A DNA stretch of 63,833 nt, filler included, from Octopus bimaculoides (lineage: Eukaryota): NCBI RefSeq assembly GCF_001194135.2. It is 10 parts of 9 records of this genome, joined end to end, with 100 filler letters (N's around TTAATTAATTAA, not from the genome) between each part and the next. Parts side by side here need not be neighbours in the genome. Positions count along the whole stretch, not along the records: positions 9,132 to 15,313 come from NC_068993.1; positions 15,414 to 36,787 come from NC_068983.1; 8 more parts are not named here. The stretch is one strand, 5' to 3'. This document shows, piece by piece, positions 12,214 through 25,200 of the stretch. Each line of letters begins with the position of its first letter. Position 1 is the stretch's first letter. A program made the translations under genes and the position numbers. Below the pieces are notes generated by a model that did not search any database, had not been told where the DNA came from, and worked only from the letters and a program-made list of their open reading frames with translations.

Positions 12214-12705
12214 CTTTGTATGTGTGTATACATATATGTATGTACATAATACAAAAAGACACACACGCACACAGCTATATACATACATATTTTTAGATAA
12301 GTATATATACATATNNNNNNNNNNNNNNNNNNNNNNNNNNNNNNNNNNNNNNNNNNNNNNNNNNNNNNNNNNNNNNNNNNNNNNNNNNNNNNNNNNNNNN
12401 NNNNNNNNNNNNNNNNNNNNNNNNNNNNNNNNNNNNNNNNNNNNNNNNNNNNNNNNNNNNNNNNNNNNNNNNNNNNNNNNNNNNNNNNNNNNNNNNNNNN
12501 NNNNNNNNNNNNNNNNNNNNNNNNNNNNNNNNNNNNNNNNNNNNNNNNNNNNNNTATATACATATGCATATGTACAAATGTATATACCTATAGGTGTGTT
12601 TAAATATACATATATACACATTTATGTATAGACATACAACCATAGATACATATATGAACATATATATAAATGTATATATCTATATACATATATACATACA
12701 CACAC

Positions 12706-12738
<33 letters not shown>

Positions 12739-12867
12739 AGTTTATGTATATATATATGCATATATAAACATATACATTATGTATGAGTGTGTATATATAT
12801 ATATGTAGACACATAGACACGCATAGGTGTATATATATATATTGGTATGTAAGGGTGTGTGTGTGTG

Positions 12868-12912
<45 letters not shown>

Positions 12913-13491
12913 NNNNNNNNNNTATTGCTACAGGTTCGACGGAAACGGTTGGGAAATTCATTTCGCAATTAAGATGTCACGAAACCGGTCCGTTGGGCAA
13001 GTTCTGTCTTCAGCTATTGCGTTTTACCATCATTCCTATCGAAACGTGGTGTATGTATATGCATACACGTAAATGCATAGATATACATACATATATATAT
13101 GTATATATATATATATACATATATGCTATATACGCACAAAAGCACATGATCTATGAACCGTAATAACTACCTATATATCTTATGTGTGTGCTTGTGTGTG
13201 CGTGTATGTGTGCGCATGTGTGTGAGTGTTTGTGTGTGTGTGTGTGTGTGTATGTGTGTATGTGTGTGTGTGTGTGTGTATGTGTGTGTGTGTGCGTGAG
13301 CATACATGTGTATGTATTCGTATGTACGTAAGCACGTACGTATGTGTGCATGTGTAATTTTTCAGCAATGAAGAAAGGGTTAGTTTCTAGCCTAGATACA
13401 AAACGTTTTCATTGAAATTCAGACATCAAACAGGGCAGTCTTGTGTGTGTAAATATGTATTTACACATGTGTACATATATATATGTATGCA

Positions 13492-13569
<78 letters not shown>

Positions 13570-13935
13570 CATATATGTATATATATGAATGTGCATATTC
13601 ATGAATATATAAATGCACGTGTATACACATAAATATGTGCAGTTGGATGCAGCCATGAATGGTATTGCGAATGTAAATCTTATTACACGATTAACTTCAC
13701 AAATGTTTTAAATATTTCGACAGTACCTTTGACAGTATATAGGTTCAGTTTTCTAATTTCGCGTATCTTTTCAGGATATGTGATTCCCTTCTTCTCAAGA
13801 TTGGCACTGAGAACATTAATCTGCGTTAACAACAAAGCGAAATGCCCCAGTATATATTGGTAGAACTCTAAATTATAATCCGGTAGCTTTCATATCAATT
13901 CCCCTCGATGTTCACTTTTTCACTAATCTTTAACA

Positions 13936-14250
13936 GGTTTGGTTGTGTGGTAAGAAGCTTGCTTCCCAACCACATGGTTTAGGGTTCAGTCCCACTATGT
14001 GGCACCTTAGGCAAGTGTCTTCCACTATATCCTCGGGCCGATCAAATCCTTGAGATTAGATTTGGTAAACGGAAACTGAAAGAGGCCGTCGTGTATATAT
14101 GTGCGTGTGTGTGTGCGTGTGTTTGTCCCCTACCACCGCTTGACAACCGATGGTGGTGTGTTTACGTCTCTGCAAACTAGCGGTTCGACAAAAGAGACCG
14201 ATAGAATAAGTACTAGGCTTAAAAAGAATATGTCCTGGGGTCGAATTGTT
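13936..14250 (+). mobile_element. tRNA-derived SINE, family A (runs into a gap)
   Basis: Head tgtggtaagaagcttgcttcccaaccacatgg with B-box-like GGTTCAGTCCC, then the shared core and an internal microsatellite. Confidence 0.88.
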
Positions 14251-16212
14251 NNNNNNNNNNNNNNNNNNNNNNNNNNNNNNNNNNNNNNNNNNNNNNNNNN
14301 NNNNNNNNNNNNNNNNNNNNNNNNNNNNNNNNNNNNNNNNNNNNNNNNNNNNNNNNNNNNNNNNNNNNNNNNNNNNNNNNNNNNNNNNNNNNNNNNNNNN
14401 NNNNNNNNNNNNNNNNNNNNNNNNNNNNNNNNNNNNNNNNNNNNNNNNNNNNNNNNNNNNNNNNNNNNNNNNNNNNNNNNNNNNNNNNNNNNNNNNNNNN
14501 NNNNNNNNNNNNNNNNNNNNNNNNNATGACATTTATGTAGTAAAACACAGATAAAAATAAGCGAAGCACGGGCGCGCGACTGAGTTGAGGCAGATTTACT
14601 CCTGCCTTTATAGTACGTAAATAAAACGGTGTTGTATAAATGTATCTAGCACGTGTACTACAGCAGTAATATGCGCAGCTTAAAGACTGAGATTGAAAGG
14701 CAAGGGTGAATTATGCCTACCTAACCTACAAAAAAAAAAAGATATTTTGCATTTTATGCGATCATCAGGCGTTTGCTAAGTCCTTGGTGCTATGTAACAT
14801 TAAGCAGCTAAGTGTATCTCTGCGAACTAATAACTCAAACCAGATGGCAGGAGGTATTGACTCTCTACTCTGCAGGTTTCCCCCTTTCTTATGTTAACTC
14901 GTAGTTTACCCATCCAGGAGAGAGCCTTCTCTGATCACTACCCTCAAAACTATCTCTAGCTGCATCGTTCTCAAAGCATCATCACCGTTCATTTTTCATC
15001 TTCGTAATCGCCTTTCTTTTCACGGGTCCCTATGTAAATGTAAACACACCATCCAGTATTCTCTCAATGAAGGCTTTATTCAAATATTTTCTTTAATGCT
15101 GCTACTATGGGTGAGCAGGAAAGCTTTTATCGAGTTAGGAAGGTTTCGATAGCAGCAACAACAACAACAACAACACATTCTACAATCAAGCAAACCTAGA
15201 TAACCGTAGTTTACAAAATCTCAACGGTAGTAGGTTTGTTAATTTTGCATTTATTGCTATTGTCATTATCTTAGTTTTTGTGGTTTGTTTCTTGTTTTTT
15301 TTTTTTTTTTTTTNNNNNNNNNNNNNNNNNNNNNNNNNNNNNNNNNNNNNNNNNNNNTTAATTAATTAANNNNNNNNNNNNNNNNNNNNNNNNNNNNNNN
15401 NNNNNNNNNNNNNTATACTGTTATATGGACTGTTAGATATGTAATTCGTCTGACGTTCCGTGTGTCATGTGGTTCGTCTGAGTTCATTGTTTCATTGTTG
15501 TTGTCTTGTGGGACTGTCGTAGTAAAATGTCATTGATATATATATGGCGGACATGACTTTTGTTTATTCATAACGAACATTGGGTGAGTGCGTTCTTTGT
15601 ATGTAATTGAACAATAAATGTAATAATTAAACTGTATAACTCGTTGTGTTATCTCTGCGAGTCACCCGAGGGAAACATAACATATACTGACCAATTTTTA
15701 ATCCCAAAGATGATGCAACGGTAGAAAACGATGATGCAATACTTGCAATGCAATGAAACAGGTAGGAAGAAAATAACAAACAAAAAAAATCAGAAATTAC
15801 TCAATTTGCCCCAGTTACCTATTTTGGCCACCCCGTATATATTTCCACATACTAAACGCAGAAGATATTTTAAGATGTATTACACAAAGAAATTATGCGC
15901 AGTAATAGAACATAGTAACGGAGCATAGCAACAATATTAGATTAAATAAATAATTGAAAACTTCTTATGAAAATATATTTCGTTAAAAATGTTAAAATAG
16001 TTTTCATTGCTTTTTTTTATAAATATAAAATTCATATTTCATACATTGTGTAGTAAAAAGGAAGAAAACATAATGTGTCCGCTTATTTAAAAAAAAAACA
16101 GAACCACAAGGTTTTGCAATAATTTTGATCAATATGAGTTTGTGGTTAAGATGTTGGCGATATAACGTAAGGGAGATCACTCTCGTTCTCTAGTTATCGA
16201 CTTGTGTCCGGT

Positions 16213-16261
16213 ATGGCGGTGTCCTATGTAGACAAACCAAAGCTTATTGTATTTGACTTAG
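16213..16261 (+). CDS. MDP1: MDP1 coding exon 1 (MAVSYVDKPKLIVFDL+G)
   Basis: ATG at 16213, phase-1 donor G|GTAGAG. Encodes the start of HAD motif I. Confidence 0.9.
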
Positions 16262-19200
16262 GTAGAGTATGGTATTATTATTATTTATATATTACAAAGT
16301 GGCTATATATATATGTAAAATCCATTCATCATTAGCCCGACAAATAAAAATATATTTTGTCGGTATAACAATTGTGGATTAAATATTTTATTCATTCGCC
16401 CGCTTACCTTTCAATACTTTATTCTAATTGGATGAACATGGCTTTTTGAACTTGACACTTCCCTGAATATGTGTGTGTGTGTGTGCGCGCGCGCTTATAG
16501 TCCTGTTATATAACTGCTTTGTAATTAACCTCTCTTACCCGGCGATCTCAGATTCTCCTAAATTCATAATGTTCGTTTGTAAAACATGCTCTAATAGAAT
16601 TACTGTTCTTTTCTATGAAAATTCTATAAATGTTTAGTTATTTCGTAGATTTTCTGTTATTACTGAAGATTAGAAGTGATATTGACAGTGGAGTCTCGGT
16701 CTCCTTAACTGTTCTGTAATTGTTCCTGTATTTTTTTGTTTTGTAACATAAAAGTACTATGATATAGGGTGTGGTTGGTGCTCAGTCACTAGCCAGAAAT
16801 TTTCCTTGACGTTTGTTTAAAATTCTGTGTTCTGTAAACAAAAGTGAAAGTTAAATGCGGTTGTATACAACCAATTCGAATTTATATAGCAATATATTGT
16901 TTTAAGATTTTCATATTATTTTTCCAGTGCATGTTAAGTAGGATCTTTGACAGAGACCTTGATGTTACATTTTTATCGTCTGTAACAAGGGGTAAAAATA
17001 TATTGTTCTAAAGAGAAATAAAACGTCTTGTAGGTATAAATAACCAGTGTAGTTTCGTTTTTTTGTACGCTTAATGACAGCAAAATACTTTTTTAATAGA
17101 CGAAAATATTTAAATAGAAGCTATATGTATTTTAATTATCCTTCTATGTAGACATGTACCATTATGGGAAAACATGGTTCATGTCTAATTTCAATAAAGA
17201 ACAAAATAAGAATTTTTAACACTAACGTAAAAGCGGTGTTATTGTATGGGGCTGAGACATGGCGAACAACAATTAAGTCAAATAAGCAAATATAATCATT
17301 CATCAACAGGTGCTTGCATAGTATACTTAAAATCAGTTGGCCCGAAAACATAAGCAATATGGAGCTATGGCAAAGAACGAATCAAGTTTCGATTAGGGAG
17401 GAAATATTTAAGAAAAAGTGGAAGTGAATTGGTAGCACAATTAGAAAGGACACACCAAATGTAACGAAAAGTGCTTTGCAGTGGAATCCGGATGGATATA
17501 GAAAGAGAGGTAGGCCTAAGAACTCGTGGTGTAGATCACCACAAAAGGAACTAGAGAAAGGGGGGCATTCATGGCAGAGTATAAGTACAGAAGCGAAAAA
17601 TTATGCGACATGGAATTCAATTATAAGTGGCCTATACTCCGCGTTGGAGGGTTAAAGGCAAGAAAGAAAGAAAGTAGACATGAACTAGAATGCTATTAAT
17701 TGAAATAGTAACTTAGTTTATGAAATTTCATTTGTTTTATTATAATCTCCATCGTGTATAGAAGTATTTTGTTCATTTTTATCATCCTTTCTTTCTGTGC
17801 TAAAAACCAGGGTATTTATTAGCAACATTTCGCCCGTCTTCAGATTCTGAGTTCAAATTCTGCCGAGATCAACTCCACCTTTCATCCTTTCGGGGTCGAT
17901 AAAATAAGAACCAGTTGAGCACTGGAGTCGATAAAATAAATACCAGTTGAGTACTGGGGTCAATATAATCGACTTATTACCTTCCTCAAACATGCTGGTC
18001 TTGTGCCAGGACTTGAAACCATTATAGAAAAATTAAAGGCGATATGCTAGCAGAATTGTTAACTCACTGTGCAAAATGCTCAGTGGCACTTCGTCCATCT
18101 TCAGATTCTGAGTTCAAATTCCGCCATGGTCGACATTAACGTACATCATTTTAGGGTTGATAAAATAAATACCAGTTGAACACTGGGGTCGATGTAATCA
18201 ACTAGCCCCCTTCCCGAACATGCTGGCCTTGTATCAAAATTTGAAACCAATATCTACAGGAAAAATTGGCTTGTCCTAGGATTCCTATGAATTATATCTT
18301 TAGAGGAGATTATTGGGTTAGATCAGTGTTATCAACCATATTTTATTTGTGAACCCCTTTTGATTGTTTTATTCTGGTGGACCCCCATAGTCATTCGATA
18401 TTTAAAAACTAGTTTTATAGATACTTCTTTCAAAATTTCTATTGTGTTCATCACACATGAACTTGTGTAGTTTGAGCTATGTAAGACATTAGAGAAAAAA
18501 TAATCTAGCTGTTTCTTACAGTAAATACTTCTAAAGCAAATTTTTTTTTTCTAGACCCTTAATTTGAAACCCTTCTATGGGTACCCAATTTACTATTTTG
18601 CATGCAGAGATATGGACCCCAGTTGAGAACCACTGGGTTAGATCTAAGCACAGTAAGATAGCTGAGTACATTAAATGAATGTGGAGGGTAGTATGGATCT
18701 TACAAGTTTAGATGAAAATATACATTTCTCATTATGGTAAAAGAGACTTGGAGAAGAAACAGTATGTGTGGTCTAGTGCATGCAATGTGCTGAGTTTCTG
18801 TTAATCAGTCAAATGACCTTCTTTGAATGCAGTCTAGAATGTTTGTGTAGTACTGAAGTACTATGGCTAATATGTGAGCACTACACGTCGAGCAGACCTA
18901 TGATCAAAGCTATTCCAGCCATGACCATCCCATTTTTTTAGGCATAGTTAATTGAGGATTACAATATCAATGCATCCTTCCCTCTTGTAAGACAGTAAAT
19001 TGTGATATGAAGGCGATTTGGCTGTTATTTCTAGCAGGTGAAGCTGTCATATTGTGGTTAGTTTCATATAAGGTCCACAACTTTTCAGAGTAGACATAGT
19101 TTCTATCTCTGAAGAAGCTTAATCTTAGTGATGCAGATTCAGCAAAATTGTGTAGGTACGTGATTGCCATGAGAAATCATCAGAAATTGAGAGGCTTTTC

Positions 19201-22200
19201 TTTTGAGAACCTTAGTTGTTTATTGCTTATACACAGTGCAATACTCTTTACTAGATGTATGTAGTATTTGCATTTTGGTGCTGTTGACAGAGGGTAGATT
19301 AATATGTATCTGTTACAGGTTGTTTCTGAGATTTCTGTTTATGAAATGAGTCAAAGTTTCACAGAGATTAGTGTAAAGGGGAGATAATTGTCCAACTGAC
19401 TGACTCTTGTTCATGTTAATAAACATCTTTATGGTTTGGGTAGAGGAGGGAAATGGAAACACTATTTCATGAGTTACTGCTAATCACTACACTTTCTAGG
19501 AGCAGTCATGCTGCAAATTGTAGCTGTGTTTGGCCTCTCAAAATCCTGTGTACACTGGGATATCATGAATTTAGAGAGAGGAGGACATGAAGCTATGTGT
19601 CTCCGCCACTCATGACATTATCCATGTTTTTGGACCACAGTTTTGTCTGGCAAAGAGCCTCTGCTGGGAAATTGATTCCACCTTCTGAGTCACTGCACAA
19701 GAAAAGATAGTTGAAGGCTGAACATCAATTGACTATCTTTTCAAACTGTAGTATGTTTGCAATGGAATAAATTCTGTTAAAGATTCTCAAGGGTCAGGTG
19801 ACTGTGTTAAACTAGCCAATATATTCAACCTAATTCTTATTTCTGAGAAAAAATAGATATATTGAGAAATGACCATAAGAGAAAAGACATGATTATTTTT
19901 ATTAAAAAGAAATTCTAATGGCTCAGTGTCATAAGTCTGGTAATGCTCTTATTCAAGTTAAGTATTATGGTGTTAGTATAAAGTGTTTATGCCTATTATT
20001 AAACAACTTACCTCATAATGCAGAAAGTGCTTTGATTGGATAGTAAATTCTTACTGAACTTGATTTCAATTCAAGTGAAATTATTCCAATTTTCTATTGA
20101 AATGATTTGGAAACGATCTTGATTCTTCAAGATCTTTAAGTTTCCTCTAAAAAATATTAACCCTTTAGCATTCTACTTCTTTTATGCTTAAATAAGCCAG
20201 ATCTGGCCTTGCACACCAACCCAACAATATCATTCTAAAAATTAACAATTAACTCATCAAAATCTCAAAGCTACAAGATAATACATGATTAATTCAGAAC
20301 AATGTGAATAAATAACCATTACTCTGAATGTCAAAAAGCTAAACTTAATCAAAAACTTGGTGTTATTTTCACCATCATTATCATTATGTATTGATTTATA
20401 TTTTTAATAGATTATACTTTGTGGCCTTTCTGGGTTGACACACATGTTTCGCCACCTTTTGAATTAAGGTAAGATATGGCTTGTATAAATATTGAATTTG
20501 GATAAGTCTATTGTTTGACTTTCTGTGTATTTAGTTACCAATTTTAGATTCTGTTCACTTTTTAGCAATGTTATGTTGTATATTCACTTGAATTATTAGC
20601 TATTTTTCATTTTTTCAGTTGCTAGAAGTACTTAGATTCCACTGTTTGCTAACAATTTTAGATTAAGATCATAATTTAGTAATTTATTAACCTCATTTTG
20701 GGATCATTTATTTACAATACTAATAACTTCATTAGTTGTCTTAGCCCTTCCTCATTATGTGTGTAGTTCCAGACTAGATTTCCAGATTAAGAGCATTTAA
20801 AAATTCAGATATAAGACATTCAAAGGTAGTCAGTGATTGAATCAATATAAATAATGTTGTAAAATTATAACCTTAAAAGCAACAACTCTTTGTAAATATT
20901 TAGTCATTTAATTTTAGATTGATACTTTTCATTTTTAGATTCAAAAGATAAAAGAATCTTATGAGATGGATTACCATTGCTTTTCTTTTCAGAAGAAAAT
21001 TAACTCTTATTCTTAATTATTTTACTTGCCTTAACAGATGTATTTTACCTGTAAATGACTTCACATTCCCTGTTTACATTTATATTTTAAAAATTTCCAT
21101 TATTTTGTAATTTCTTCAAACTGATTACAAATCATCTTGAACCTACTGATTTTTTGAGGAAATATTAATTGTACAAAATAAGAAATGACTGTGTCACCAG
21201 TGGTCTCTTAAATGTTGTTTTCCATAACTGCACTATTATTTGGTTTCTACAAAAAAAAAAAAAAAAAGATTTATGTTCCAACTTCTCTTAACTACATTAT
21301 TCACCAACCCCTTTTCATGATTTTTTATGTTGTTTTACAATAATGCTTTTATGTATCTTTCATAATTGGAATATTGTTAAAATCTTGCAGCCATAGTATC
21401 GACTCTTCCCCATTTCTGCAACTATATCATTGTTCAACTAACAAGGAAACCCCTATGTGGTTGCTCAATCAGCTAGTAGTAGCAGCTAAATCTCCCTCCC
21501 AACCATATCTTACTATCTTTAAAAAGAAGAAGAAAAGATAGATTGGATAATGCAATGCTACACAGACTATCTTTGAAAAAAAAAAAATGTGATGGTCAAA
21601 GCTGAGATATTTTTGATTAATGGCTTGTTTGATGAAGACTAACCTGGGTTAAACAACAGCAGCCTGATATTGTTTAACTATCACAACTTATTCCTTCTCA
21701 TTCCTGCACTAACTTTCTCTACTGCAGTAAATATTGTGAGAGAAACTCTCATATTGGCTTTTGATGCAAAATGCACTTGTGTTTATCTGAGTCACTGCTA
21801 CCTCTAGTGGTCAAGCATCCATCATTAATAAAAACCAAGAAAGGTAAAAAATCACATGATCTGGTGGTCTCAGTGTTGGAGGTGGCAGGAATTTGTTTAC
21901 CCACTAGTTATATAAATACAAGAGGGCATTTTGCACTAAAAATCAATATGAGAGTTTCTCTCTTGGTATCTACTGCAGTATAGATTGTTCTAACAGAACA
22001 TCCATGTTTAAGTGGGTATAGATATATCTTTTTAGTATTAATACTACCTATGTCACTAATATATATATTTTAACAAGCTCACTGGCTAATTGCAACACCA
22101 GCACCTGTTCTGACATTGCTTTTCTATATAACGCTGGTGGGCAGATGACTCGCTGCTACCTCTAGCAGTCAAGCATCCATCATTGATAAGACCAAAGAAG

Positions 22201-25200
22201 ATTGAAATCATGTGATCTGGTGGTCTTGGCGCTGGAGGTGGCAGAGATTTATCTCCTCACTAGTGATATAAGCAAGAGTGCATTTTGCAACAGCAGCCAA
22301 TATGAGAGTTTCTCTGATGGTATCTACTGCAGTATAGATTGTTCTAACAGAACATCCATGTTTAAGTGGAGATAAATATTTCTTCTCTGTCACTTATATA
22401 TATTTTTTAACAAACACACTGGCTAATTTCAACACCAGCACCTGTTCTTGTACTGTTTTTCTATATATTGCTGGTGGGGAGATAAGTTGCTGCTACCTCT
22501 AGCAGTTGAGTGTCCATCATTGATAAAACAAAGGAAGGACAAAATCACATGATCTGGTGGTCTTAGCACTGGAGGTGGCAGGGATCTATATCTCTGTTAG
22601 TGATGTAAACAAGAGTACATTTTGCACTAAAAATCAATATGAGTTTCTCTCATTGTATCTACCACAGTATAGTTTGTTCTAGCAGAACATCCATGTTTAA
22701 GTTGGGATAATTATTATCTCTCAGATCTCTCAGTATTGATAATACCTCTGTTGCTAATGTATATTTCTCTACTGTATTTTGTCAAGTTAACAAGGAAGCC
22801 TCTGCATGGAACTGATAGAAATAGTAGTCAAATCTCCCTCAAATCACACTTTTCTGTTTTAAGAAAGAAAAGAACACATTGAATGATATAGTTAAACATA
22901 CTTCTACTAAGATAGGAATGGTCATAGCTGGAATATTTCGAGCCATAAGCCTTCTCAATCAGATCTAAATGGGATTAAACAAAAGCAACTGTATTATTGT
23001 CTACAGTCCTCAGTTTTGTTTAACCCTTTAGCATTCAGATTACTCTATCAAATGTAATTTTTATTCATTCATATTGCTTGGAATTAATGCATTTTGTTGC
23101 TTCAAGTTTTCAATGATGTAATTGCTTGTTTCAAAAATTACATTGTAGGATAGGTGTGAGAGGCTAGATCTGGCTGCTTTGAACATGAAATAGAATATTT
23201 GGGTTGGATATAACCTGTTTAAATGTTAAAGGGTTAAATATTCAGATTTTCTACTTCTTTCAGCATTCCTCCTTATTTTCTCTTTTGTCTTACTATATTT
23301 TCTACTCCTCTTGTATGGTACATGCTAGCCTGTCTGTTGCACCTGCCTCTCATCTTCTCTATTGTATTTCATTACAACAAACCCTAAACACTTTTCTTTG
23401 TAATAATTCATATTCAGAAACTGCCTCCCTCACTACATTTTTTCTTATAAATCTTCTGTTATAGAAGTTCAAACAATATATAAACCACAGTGTGACGTGT
23501 GGTAAAAAGTTTGCTTCCCAATCACATAGTTTCAGGTTCAGTCCCACTATGTGGCACTTTGAGAAAGTGTCTTCTACTATAGCCTTGAGCAGACCAAAAC
23601 CTTGTAAGTTGATTTGGTAGATGGAAACTGAAAGAAACCCATCATATATATATATATGTATGTGTGTGTGCCTTTGTGTTTGTCCCACACCACTGCTTGA
23701 CAACCAGTTTGGTGTGTTTATGTCCCTGTAAATTAGCAGTTGGGTAAAAGAGACCAATAGAATAAGTACTAGGTTTAAAAAACGTCCTGGGGTCAATTTG
23801 CCTGACTAAGAACCCTTCAAGGCAGTGCTCCAGCATGGCCACAGTCAAATGATTGAAACAAGTAAGAGATAAAAGATAAAAAATATTGGCATCACTAGTA
23901 TTGCAGACTAGTGAAGATTATGAGCACTGTCCTTCCCTTAGACCAATGCTCTGCAACCTTTTGTCACTTGCGGTACACTTATATTCTTTTCAAAATTCAG
24001 TGGCACACCTGAACTAAAAGTATAGGGAAAAAAATTATATTCAGGTTACACTACGGCACACCTAGCATCATCTTGTGGCACACCAGTGTGCCATGGTAAA
24101 CCGGTTATGGAACACTGCCTTAGACTAAATGTAAAACAAAATCTATTGTTACAAATGCAGTTGATGGAGGAAAAGTAATAGTTTTTACTTTTTGTTAAGT
24201 AACACAGGGCAATGTAATTCAGTTATTGCTGTCAGATTTTCTCTTTAATTCTGGATCAACTGAGTTACTGCTGACAAGTAGCTAAATTTTGCATAAATGT
24301 ATTGAAGGGTGAGATAAATTTTCTTTCCATTCTTTGTCAAGCCTGTATATGATAATTATTTGAATTTCCTTTTTATTAGGAAGGATAAAGTATATGATTC
24401 CCTTGGAGACCACGTGAAACATTACCCTGAAGTTCCAGAGGTGTTGCAGTCCCTTCAAAATGAAGGTTATAAGCTTGGTGTTGCTTCCAGGTATTTCAGT
24501 TCGTTATATTTCTGGATTAATCATGCAGTCAAATATGCTATTTTTATTTATAAAAATTACTTCTGAATGTAATTTTTTCATTAGAAATATCTGAATTTTC
24601 TGTTGAATTCTTCTTTTGATTTCTCTAGAACATGTGCAATTAAAAGTGCAAAGCAGTTGATGGATTTATTTAACTGGAGTAAATATTTTGAATTTTCTGA
24701 GATTTATCCAGGAGAAAAAACAATTCATTTTTCCCAGTATGTATTACATTTAATATTTCTCCTGTAATACATTATTAGTAACATGTATCATACCTCCATA
24801 CCTTTTCAAAATGATAGTTATTTGTATAAAGTCGAGTATAATGTTTTGTTTTGTTTTCCAATAGAGAAAATTTAGATGGTTGAATTTGAAAACAAAGTTA
24901 TGAGAAAATACAAACAAGTTTCAGAGACTAAGTTGGAGAATAAAAATAGTACCCTCTACATTCAACATTCACATTCTGCTAAAATTAATTTTGCTTTTCA
25001 TTCTTTGGTGATTAGTATAGAAAGATCTTAAGATAATCAGCTATATCCCCTCACATGTAAGACTGTAATATTAAAATAAAGCATTCTGAGATTATCATAA
25101 ATTGCTAGTACTGTTTCTGAATCCTTCTACATATTGAATTCATGATCTGATCAATTTCAGAGATTCTCATGTCTGTATCAAAACCTACCACCACTTCCAA

